NCBI GenBank assembly: GCA_040905625.1
Contig: JBBDRC010000236.1
Location: 18,155 to 82,154, forward strand
DNA length: 64,000 nt
Direction: 5' to 3'
Source: Kiritimatiellia bacterium
GTDB lineage: Bacteria; Verrucomicrobiota; Kiritimatiellia; SS1-B-03-39; UBA6053
The notes below the pieces were generated by a model. That model worked only from the letters and a program-made list of their open reading frames with translations, was not told the origin of the DNA and did not search any database. Position 1 is the first letter of the stretch, and every line of letters begins with the position of its first letter. Below are positions 27,001-39,000 of this stretch, in pieces. A program made the translations under genes and the position numbers.

Positions 27001-30000
27001 GCGGCGGTGCCCGCACCACGGTTTTGAGCAGCACCCTGGATGATGAGGCTTTCTACCCGGTGGCTGATGGACTGGGTGTCTTCAGCTTCTCTTTCACTCC
27101 TGACGGACTGCTCTCTGATCTGGACGGATCGTCGGCCAATGGTCTGTGGCAGCTTGAAGTCATCGACGCCAGCGCAGACGGTACGATCACCACCATGGAC
27201 GTGGAGCTGCGGCTGCGCACGGATCAACCCATCACCTCCACTATTGAGGTGCCGGTCGCAGGCACTGGAAACGACAAGGTCAGCGATGTGGTGCTGTCGG
27301 TTCAGATCGACCACACCTTTGGTACGGATCTGGAACTGACTCTGGAGGGACCTGACGGCACCGTGGTCGCTCTGCCCAACCTGTCTGATTGGACAGACGT
27401 CACCCTGAACGATCAGGGAATCGGCAGTTACACCCTGGCGGCGGATCTGGCAGACTTTTATAATGAGAATTTCAGCGGCACCTGGACGCTTACCATTGTG
27501 GATGAAGTGGGCCGTTACGACGGCACCTTGAAGAGCTGGTCCATAGACCTGGCCCAGGTCATCACCGAGATTCCGCTGGAAGTCGAATCCCTGCCGCTGA
27601 GTCCGGTGGACATCAACGTGAATATCCGCCTTAAAGAGGATGCCGACAACGACCGTCCGCTGGATCTGAGCAATGTGGGTATTACCCTGGTGGGACCCAC
27701 ACAGGTCAACGATCTCGATGTCCGCGTGGTGCTCTTTGCGCCGGGTCAGCTCTCCGGCAACGCCCTCGGCTCCGTGCTCCGGTCCCTGACACTCGACGAT
27801 CAGGCGGTCAGTGCCCTGACTGCGGCCACCGCCCCTTACAGCGGCAGCCTGCAGCCGGTGGGCAGCCTGAGTGTGTTCAACGGTCTGAATCCCAACGGGG
27901 TCTGGACCCTGGAGATTACGGATGATTCCGGTAACCTGTCCGGTCTGGTCGACTCCTGGAGCCTGGAATTCTCCTTTGCCCCGATTAACGACACCGCGCT
28001 CACCGCGTCAGTGGTGGGGGATGTGAACGGCGATGGTCTGGATGATCTTGGATTTGTGGTGCGGGCCTTTACCGGAGAAGAAGGGATCAATCCCGCACAG
28101 GGTCAGGCCTTCATTCTGGGCGGACGGGATCTGCCCAACAACACCGGACGCGGACGCATCATCAGTTCCACCACCGGGTTGACCTCCGGCGATGTCATCG
28201 CGGAAGTGTTCACCCGGGGCGGCGCCAGCGACAGCCGCGCCTCCGCCATTCTGGGAGTGGGCGGCGATAACAACAACCTGCTGATCCGCGCACTCAATAA
28301 CGGAGCCGGCACCAATGGATATCAGGTGGTCGTAAAATACGTCCCCGCAACCCTGGACGCGGTGACGGTCACGTCGACCTCCAGTTTGTTGACCATCAAT
28401 ATCCACAACGACCAGGCCACCGCCGAAGCGGTTCTGGATCTGCTGAACTTCAGCACCGGGGCCAACGCGTTCCGCGCACTGTTTGAAGCCTCACTTTATG
28501 TGGAGGCTGAAGCCAGCCTGTTTACCGATTCCATTTGGCAGACCCGCACCACCTCACTGGGCGGCAGCATTCAGGCGCTGGGTGATTTGAACAATGACGG
28601 GGCCGATGACTTTGCCCTGGTTCGTTACCGTGAAGACGCCGCCACCGCCAACGGAGCGGTCCTGGTTTACAAAGGATCTCTGAACTGGCGTGAAACGGGT
28701 GCCAAGCCTGTGGATGCGGAAAATACCGCCTACGTCCGCTTTACCCAGGCCAGCACCGGTGAATTCGGCACCTCCTCCTTCTTCAGCACGCTGCATGTGA
28801 CCGCCGGGGACTTCAACGGTGACGGCGAGTCCGATCTGGTGATCGGCCGCACCCGGTTCCAGCGGGTGAGCGGTCAGAGCGACACCTTTACGCAGATCCA
28901 GATCCTCAGCACCGGCACCAGCGGTTCCGCCTACATCTTCTTCTCCATTACCAACAACACCGCCCCGACGCTCCAGTTCCGCGACGCGCATCTTATTCTC
29001 GAAGGCCAGAGTGAAACCGACCGCTTCGGCACGCTCACCAAAACGCCGGGCATGGACATCAATGCCGACGGGATAGACGATTTGTTTGTCGGATCCGCCA
29101 CTGCCGACGGCACCATCGGCGGCACCCGGGTGGATGCCGGCCGCCTCTACCTGATTTATGGCAGCCGTCTGATTCAGGAAATTCCCGACCGTGGCTTCGA
29201 CATTCTCACCAACCGCAGCATTGCCGGGCTGGGCAGTTTCCTCGTGGACACCGGCATTGGCCGCCCGGATGTGTTCTATGATGCCGATCTTAACGAAAAC
29301 GGCATCCTCGACTCCAGCCGCTACACCCTGCTGCCGGGTGAAACCTATAAATGGTACCGCTTCACAACTCTCGGTGACGGCGCGTTGGGTGATATGCTGC
29401 GACTTGATCCGATTGCCGGGGTGCAGACGCAAACCTTTGTCAACGGCTTCTCCGGTGTGCTGACCGAAAACGGTGCCAATCCTTACACCGTTGATCTCAG
29501 CGGCGTGGGTATTACTCTCCAGAACGCTTCCGATATTGCGGTGCTCGAATTTGATCTCAGCGCTTATCTCGCAGCCATAGATGATCCGGAATTGTTGAAA
29601 CAGGTGACCCTGCGGATTGCCGGACTGAGCACTGAGACGGTGGAAATCCCCACCGATATTCAGCGCATCGTCAACACCGGTTCCGAAATTGTCTTCACCT
29701 CCCGCAACGAATTCGGGGTGGCCAGTCTCTGGATCAGTGACGGCACCCCCTTCGGCACCCGTAAAGTGCAGGATCTGACGGGACTGGACCACGATCTGGT
29801 CTCCACAGGTGACCGGGTGTTCCTGATCACCCTGAACAACAGCAAATACAATCTGTTTGAAGTCAACAGTGAGGCGTTGACGCTGCGGACCATTACGATA
29901 AATCTGAATACTGCGCCCGCCGCGCTGGTGGCAAATTCTGCGGCCCTCTATTACCTGCAGAGCGAAAAAGTTTATTACGTGGACGACAATAATGCGCCGG

Positions 30001-33000
30001 TGGAAGTGGGCGGGGTCTCCGCAGTCACCCAACTGCTGTTCAGCGGTGCCGTCACCAACAACTTCTATGCGGTATCCGCAAACAGTGTGTGGCTGCTCAG
30101 TGGTGTCTCCGCCACCGGCATTACCCGTTCCGCACCCTTTAATGATGCCAGTGCGCTGATGCTGGCCGGCGATTATGTCTACTTCCGGGCATCCGACAAT
30201 GGCATTCAGCGGGTCTGGGCCTCCCGGGTGTCCGGTGTCGGTGCCAACGGTGCGGCGGTATTATTGAATGACGGCAGCGGCGTGTTGATGTCCAGCCTGA
30301 GTGAAATGCTCCGGGTGGGCGGTGTCACATATGTCATTGGCACCAATGCCAACGGCGTGCGTAACCTCTGGATCCTCGCTGCTGACGGCAGCACCTACAG
30401 CGCCGCGCCCGGCTCCTTGGTCAATCCCACTGATCTCACCGAAATGGTGAACGGCCGTGTGGCGGTGATCAGCGGAGCCAACCGGAGCGAAATTTATGTG
30501 TACAATCCCGCCTCCCCGGCGGGCACGCCCACCCATTTCGCCACCGGGGCCCGTGATATTCAGAGTCTGACCTCCACCACGGGGAACAACTTCATCTTCA
30601 CCGCCCGCGGTGTGAGCACCGACAACGGACTGGAACCCTGGAAGCTGGTGTCCGGCACCGCCTCCGAAATTGCTGATATTGCCCCCGGTGCCGCCTCTTC
30701 CTCACCTGCCGGATTCACCCTCTATAACGGACGTTATTACTTCTCGGCTGAAACCGCCACCCATGGCCGGGAACTCTACTCCACCTCGCTCAGCGATCTT
30801 GTGTTTGCCCGCGACGTGTATGTCGGCCCGCGCAGCGGTCAGGTGGGCAACCTCACTGTGGTGGAGAGCACACTTTTCTTCACCGCAGTGGAAAATGAGA
30901 CCGACGGTTTCCGGATCTTCAGCTTTACCCAGACCGCCACCACCATTCAGGTCAACGGTCCCGGTAACAACAATGCGCTGACCTTCAGCCGCAGTGATCT
31001 CAACGGTTCGGAAACCGTCAGTTTCATCACCGGTTCGGCCGTGGGACACTTTGAAAGCGTTGACGGATTGATCGTCACCGTCATTGGCGGGGTCACCACG
31101 GCGGATGATCTGGTCACTTACTTCAGCACAAATTCCGTTTGGACAGCGGTGCTGGATACTGTCACTGAATCCGGAAATACCGGCAACGGTCTGATCATGG
31201 CTGAAGACGCCACTCTGAAAGGCGGTGTGATTGCCAGTCCCGCCAGCCTGATCATCCGCCTGCCCGGATCCACCGACACGGTTTTGATCAGCACCAGTGA
31301 CACCGGACTGGATGTGAATGACATTAAACTCAACCTGCAGACGGTGACCACGAACTTCGACCGTTTCGACGGAACGCCTTATTACGCCGACGCCAGCTGG
31401 GTCAACAGCACCAAGACGCTGACCATTTCCTACGTCGCCGGCATCACCACCATGGCGGATGTGGCGCGGGCCATCACCGCCGCCGACGCGATTCTGGATG
31501 CCGAGCTGGTTCCGGCCAATGACAGCAACTTCATCAGCTTCCCGTATATTAAAATTACCGGCGGCATGAACGCCATTTCCCGGGTGGTCCTGGATGATGT
31601 GGAACTGGTGTTCACTAAAACCGTCGGTCCAACCCGCACGCTGATTTTCCAGACCGGCACCGCGACCGCTGCCAGTTTCAGTGGCGGGGTGTATACCATC
31701 ACCATCCATCTCGAAACCACCACCGCGCAGCAACTGAAAGCGGTCATGGATCCGCTGGCCTCAGACGGGGTCAGCCTCACCCTGGGGGGCACCGCAAGCA
31801 CCAAGATCCGTATTCCCCAACTGCTGTCCGATATTTCCGGCACCTTCAGCGGCGGGGAGGACGCCGTGTCGGCCACCGCCACGCTGGATCTGGGCGACAG
31901 CATGGAAATCGCCCTTACCGCCGCCACCCCCGGTACCGCCGCGAATGCCTATGAGGTGCGGGTGGTGGCCTCCTTTGTGAACGGCACCGGCACCGCCCTT
32001 ACCAACACCAACCGGGTGGACATTACCAAAGCCGGCAACCTGTTCACGGTTTATGCCCTGCCGGGTGTGGCAACGCTTGACAACATTGTCAGCGAGCTGA
32101 CCGCACGCTCTGAATTCACCGCCACAACCTCGGACACTTCCGCAGTGGTGAATCTGCCGTTCATTGAACTGGCAAACGGCCAGAATGAAGTCGCCCATGT
32201 GGGCGCTATTAATGCTGTCATTGGCGGCATTACCTTTAGTGATATATTTATCCTCACAGGGATTGATGACAACGAGCTCCCCGCGCATTCCCCCACATTC
32301 AGTGCCACCCGTACGCCCACTGAGGATCCCACGGTCAGCATCGTCAGTGATGCGCTGGTGATCAATGTCCGTGCCGATGGCACAACCACTTACAATGAAT
32401 TGCTCGCTGCCTTTAACCTGCTCACCGGCTTCAACACCACCATGAACACAAGTGTCACCGGTGAGGACCCTGTTCCAACAGACGGCGTCTCTCTCAGCTA
32501 TGTGGTCACCACCCCGTATCAGGCCGCTGCTCCCGCCGAAGGCTTTTATGACTTCGGACCGGGCACGATCACGGTGACCTCGTCGACTGCCGGACCCTCC
32601 GACAACGGTGTCGGGATCGTGTTCCGCGGCACCGCCACCACCCTGGGTACTTCCTGGGACGGCAGCCGTCTCACGGTGAATTTTGTCTCCGGCGGCAGTA
32701 AACTGTCTGATATCGCGGCGGCCATCGCCCTGGATACCTCTACCACTTTCAGTGCATCGGTCACCGATGGAGACACGAATTATATGCCCGTGAATCCGGC
32801 CGCAGATTTTGCAGACGGGGAAAATACTGTCGCCGCCACCGTCACCCTCATCATGCCCGACGGAAACGAGCTGACGCTTTCGGCGGAGGACGGCGATGAC
32901 GGGGACTCCTTCAATGGCAGAACTGTCAGCGTGATTGCCGAAAGCAGTGTTGGTATCACCGGCAGCTCAGATTATGTGCTGACGCTGGTGGAAAACAGCA

Positions 33001-36000
33001 CCACCCTGGCCAACCTGAACTCGGCGTTAAGCGCAGGCGATCTGACCGCCACCAGCTTCACTGATACCGCAGGCGACCCGCTCCCTGTCGGCACCCCCCT
33101 GTACGTGCTCCGTCAGGGAAGCAATCCCGCCGCGCCGGGCAGCAACGGCAGTGCCACCTTGGCCGTTCCCGGTGACAACAACGATCTCAGCTTCAGCGCC
33201 ATCGGCGAATACAACGATTATGTGCTGGTGTTTGTCGACGATGCGGAAGCCGGTTCTGAAACGGTGGTGGTGGACGGGGTGAACCAACGTATTGAAATCC
33301 GGATTGCCTTCGGTCAGAGCACCGCCAATCAGGTTGTGACCGCCTTCACGGCCGTGACCGGCATCAGCGCCAGTCTGCAGGGGGTTGGCAATACCGGCCT
33401 GGGAGCCATCAACCCGGCCGCCGGCACCGTGGCACCCCTGAACCATCTCACGGATGTAAACTTTGACAATCCGCGCGACCTCTTTGTCTTCAACAACGCG
33501 CTCTACTTTGTGGCGGATGACGCCAGCGGCGGTGACACCTTTATCTGGCGCCGGACCGCTTCCGCCACTCCGGTGAAAACCGATATCGACCTCAATGGCG
33601 ACGAACGTTTCCAGGTGGTTGGCAACAAGATCTTCTACGTGAAAGACAGCAGCGGTGAAGTCTGGCAGTATCGGAATGACGGCGGATTCAGTTCCGAATC
33701 CCTCGGATATATTGCGAACACCTTCGGCTTCATTGACGAAAACCAGTTCGTGCGCATTACCGCCCAGGGGTCTGTGATCAATCATAACCTCGACACCCTG
33801 CCGGACGTGGAAGCGAACCGGGTGGTTGGCTGGGACAGTCTTACCGAGGTCATCGTGCACAACGGCAACCTTGCCCTGGTGAATAAAATCAACAGCAACC
33901 ACAGCATCTGGCAGGTCACCGGCACTGGATTCACGGCAGCGAATCTGGTCAGCAGCGGCAGCACTCTGAGCGGCCTGCGTTCACTGGGCGACACCCTGTT
34001 CTACGTTTCCACCGACGGAAGCGACATCCCGACGCTCTACAGCATCACCGGCAGTGGACCGGCGGTCGTGCGGCAGGTTGGACTGGCGGAGAGCAGCTTC
34101 AGCTCCTTTGCCCGTATCGATAACAAGGTGTACTATTTCTACAGCGAAACCGGTAAGAATGAACTGACCGTCGTGGATCTGACTTCGGTTGCCGTCACCA
34201 CCGGAACCGGCATTAAAGATTTGGGCAAGGGCACCATCAGTGACCTGGTGGTGACCGACGGCAAGCTCTATTTCGTCCTCGGCACCGCCCGCGGCACCAA
34301 TCTCTGGTACAGCGATTTAACCGCAGTGGGAACCCAGCGGGTGCTGCGCAACAATGCGGTGGTGGCCAATCCCACTCAGCTGACCCCGTTACACGATGCG
34401 GTCTTCTTCCTCGCGCCCACCACTGACATCGAAGGAGTCATCACCGGCGGCGTGCTTTGGCGGACCGATGGCGTGAATGCGGATACCCAGAAACCCAAAG
34501 CCAAACCCTTTGCCGACTTCGTGCTCTCGGTGGTGCCGGCCCTGAATATCTACATGGTGACCGGGACCGGTGACGGACTGGTGAACGCAGCCGATGCCAC
34601 CCGTCTGGCTAACGCCGTGCTCATCGCCAACCGCACAGCCGTTTCCAATGAAATGCGGGTGGATATTACCGAACTTATCCGCAGTCTGCTGCTGGACGGT
34701 GTTTCACGGGTGACTTTCCTGATGCATCTGCCTTCGGATCTGGATGACCCGGTCACCCTTTCCCATGCCCATGCCGCCAACGGCACCCGTCTGGAAGTGG
34801 TCACCGGTTCCAGCGACACCGTCACCGGGTCCCTGTACACCGATGAAGGACGCCTGCTCCAGTCTGGTCAGGCCGTGATCGACCTTTCCCAGCTTACAGC
34901 CGGCACCTACTTCCTGAGGGTGGAGGCACCGGTGGACGAGATCAGTCTTGGGAACGACGGCGTCGCGGATGTGTCGGATATCCCGCTGGCCACTGCTGCC
35001 GATTATGTGTACTTCCTGCGGAACGGCGAACTGTGGCGCAACAACGGCATTCTCAGCGCGCCGGTCACTTACACCACGGGCAGCGGTGAGGTGAAAATCC
35101 TCGGCAGCGATCCCGCCGACAGCCTGGCGCTGATTGCCGGTGCCGGGGAACGCCTCTTCCTCTCCATCCTGAACGGTGCAGTCAGCACGCTTTGGATGGT
35201 GGACGGACATTTCGCCACCGCGGTTGCGGAGCTGACTGGCGAAGTCACCGACGCGGCCGGACTGGGTGACCGCCTGATCTTCCGCATGCTCGATGCCATT
35301 TATGTGGCCGATACCGACAGCTACATCTTGCTCGCGGATCATGCCGGCGCCTCCAGCATCGGCACACTGATTGCCGCCGGCAACCGGGTGGTATACAAAC
35401 TCGAAGAAGTCTGGCAGGCCACCGACGGGGTCAGCGTCACCGCGCTCAACATCATTGATGCCGGGGTGCAGGATGCCGGTGCGCTGATCGCGGTCAACGG
35501 CGACCTCTTCTACTTTGTTGAAGAGGCCGGTCAGCTGACTCTGTGGCGCGCCAGCCCCGGCGAGGGTGAAGCCTACGGTGCCGAAGCCCTGACCATTGCC
35601 GCCCTGAGTGCGTTGACGTTTACAGATTACGCCTTCCTGGGTGTGATAGACGGCAAACTGCTCTTTACCGTCACCACCGCCGATGGTGTCAGCCTCTGGG
35701 TGAGCAATGGCAGCGGCGATCCCTTCTTCGGAGGTCAGACCGCCGGCACCGTGGTGCTGGAAAGAGACCTCGGCGGCGAAGCCGGATATGTGACCGTGAA
35801 TGACAGCGTGCTTTACTTCACCGTGACGAACAGCAGCACCGGGGTGGTCAGCCTGTGGCGCAGTGAAGGAAACGACGCCGATACCTTCGAACAGGTGCCG
35901 GAACTTCCCGGTATCGTGAACAGCCGCGTCATACTGAATGGCGAGACCTACTTTATTGCCGGACCCACCGCGACCCGGATTCTCTGGAAGCTGACGGATA

Positions 36001-39000
36001 CCGGCGTCAAACTGATCGCCTTCCTGCCCAGAGCCGCCTCCCTGCTCACCGCCGTGGGTGACCGCCTCGCGTTCACCGCCCGCACCGAAGGGGTTTATGG
36101 CATCGGACCCTCTCTCTGGGTGAGTGACGGCACTGCCGCCGGCACCCGCATGGTGGTGGACCTCACCCCGGTTCAGCCCGGCTTCATTACCGGAATTTCC
36201 AACACCTCCAACGGCATCGTATTTGTGGTGCGCAACGACGACGCGATTGTCGAAGGTGTGGTGGATTACAGCCTGTGGATTTCCAATGGCTTCCGCGACG
36301 GCACCTATCCGCTGATCAGTTCCAACGGCGGCGACTGGGCCTTCGGTGCGGCCACCGCGCCGCCGACCCTGATTCGCACCGTGGGTGCCGTGGCCTTCTA
36401 TCTCTACCAGGACCAGGTCTATGTCACCGACGGCACGCAGGACGGCACCCGTCAACTGGCCTCCGACATCGAAATCGCCAACCACATCGAAAGTGACGGC
36501 CGTCTGGTGATCCTCACCACCTCAGGCAATCTGTGGACCAGCGAAGGCAATCTGGTGGGACTGCCCTTCCGCATTGAAGTTAAAGCCCCGCTTCAGGGTA
36601 ACAGTCATGGCAACTCCGACCGCGATATTCTGATGGGCGGGGAAGGCGAGGATGTGCTGATCGGCAATGCGGACCATGATCAACTCTTCGGAAACTCCGG
36701 TGACGATTTCTTCGTGGGCGAAAGCAGCGAAATCCGTGACCGCGCGGTGGGTGAGTTCTTCGCCCTGCCGCCCACGGCCCAGTTCAGCGTGCAGCAGCCG
36801 CGTCAGCCCGATACCGAAGTATACATTCCCGATCTGGCCCTCAAAGCCGCCATTGCCAAAGCGCTGAATATTCCGGTGACCGAAGGCTTCGACGGACGGC
36901 CGGTGATTCACGGCACCATCATGGCCAGTGCCATGGCCACCCTGGTGAACCTCCAGGCCAACGACCTCGGCATCCAGAATGTGGTCGGGCTGCACTTCGC
37001 CCGCAACCTGCGTATCCTCAACCTGAACGGCAACCGCATTCAGGACCTCTCCATTCTGGTGCCTGCCACCGATCCGCTCACCGGTGCCCGCACCGGCCTC
37101 TCCAACCTGCGTATCTTCAGCCTGGATTACAACGGCATGGGCATCCTCACCTTCGGCGAAGGCGAAGAAGTTGTGGAAGTGGAGGCCGACATCAACGAAA
37201 TCCAGAGCACCATCACCTTCTGGTTCCGCACCGATGTCTCCGGCGTGGCGCAGGGCCTCTTCTCCATGGACAACGGCACCCGCGGTGAAGGCGGACTCGA
37301 CCGTTCGATTTACCTGACCGGTGACGGCAACATCGCATCCTTCCTGTTCCACAACGACGGCGTCACCATCGGGAATGACGTGATCACCTCCACCGGCCTG
37401 AATCTGAATGACGGGATGTGGCATCATGTGGCACTGGTCTTCAGCAGTGACAGCACGGTGTTCCAGACCCTGTATGTGGATGGACGGGTTGTGGGAACCG
37501 GCACGGTCACTTCCTCCTCCCTTTCCGTTCAGGACGGCATCAACTTTGGTTACGCTCAGGATGCGGCCGGAACGGATCTCTGGTTCGAAGGGGACCTCGA
37601 CGAAGTCCGCATCTGGGATACCGCCTTTACCGATCTGCAGGTGAACACCGATATGGTGCAGGCATACCCGGCGGTGGCCGAACGGGTGTATCTGGTGGGT
37701 TACTGGAGCTTTGACGGTCCCGCCACCGCCTTTGCCCAGGATCACTCCCTGTTCGGACGCAACGGACGGCTGGGTGGCGGCAACATCGATTTCGCACCGG
37801 CCTTCAACCGGATGCAGCCCAGTCTGACCAACCGTCCGGCTCCGGATCAGACCCTGATCGCACTTGGCGCCCGCAGCACCCTCTTCGAAACTGTTATCCG
37901 GGATTTGGGTCAACTGAATGTGCCGGGACCGCTCACCAAGCTCAGTCTCGCCTATAACCGTGTGGACGTTCTGGATCCCATCAGCAATCTGCCTGCACTG
38001 AACTTCGTGAACCTCAACGGGGTCATCACCCTTGCCGGCAGCCGTCTGGCCGAGATTGCGGAGCACACCGGCGCCACCCCGGTATCCAAACTCTTCGAAG
38101 CCAAAGACGGTACCCGTTTTGTGGTTGAAGGTGACCGGACCCTGGTCATCAGTGCCGGCACCTGGTCCTGGAGACGCCTTACCGTGGGTGCGGGCGTGGA
38201 TCTGGACGAAGCTTTCACCCTGACGCTCAACGGTGGCAATCTGGAAGTCCGTGCCTTCGGGGTGACAGAAGTCTTTGCTCTCGCCGATTTTGATCAGATT
38301 GTCTTCGATGGCGGCAATGCCAACGACATCCTGACCATTGAAGGCATCCTCAACAAAGCCCTCTACGCAGTGGGAGGAGACGGCGATGATGACCTGCAGG
38401 GCGGCAGCCTGAACAGCCAGTTGTTCGGCGGTGCCGGTAATGACCGTTTGACCGCAGTGGCAGGAATCACGGTTCTCACCGGTGGAGCCGGCGACGACAT
38501 TTATGCCTTCGTGGAAGGTTGGAACAACGCCACGGTTAATGAAATTCCGGGTGCCGGGTCCGATACCCTCGACTTCTCAGCGGTGTCCACCGATCTGGAT
38601 ATCAATCTCCGCGGCACCAGCACCTCTGACAACGGTGACAGCGTGCGTCATACCTCCAACAGCATTGAGCAGGTGACGGGCGGCTCGGGCAATGATCATC
38701 TGAATTTCCACCGCGACAACGGCGGCGTGCTGGAACTGTTTGCCGGCGCGCTCATTTGGGACGGCGTGTCCATCACGCATAGCGGCATCGAAAGCGTGGA
38801 TGTGCGCTTTGTGAACAGCGACACCGGACTCGGCACCGGCGTGGTGCGGGTGCTGGAAGATCTGGATTTCAGCGATCAGGACCTGCGTCTGGAAGCGCGT
38901 TCCATTGATCTCCGCGCCTCCATCGTGGCCGACGGTCTCTCCCTGATCTCGACCACGATCATCGGCCTGACCCAGAATCTGAATGTGAATGAAGGGCTCG

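Larger units (their letters stand above)
23000..29165 (+). repeat. FG-GAP / integrin-alpha-like beta-propeller repeats (two sets) with inserted domains
   Basis: GDIDGDGIGD (~23016), DYNNDGLSD, GDLDNDGVQD (25056), GDVDGDGHAD (25626), GDLNADGLTD, GDVNGDGLDD, GDLNNDGADD, GDFNGDGESD and DINADGIDD (29055). Confidence 0.85.
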
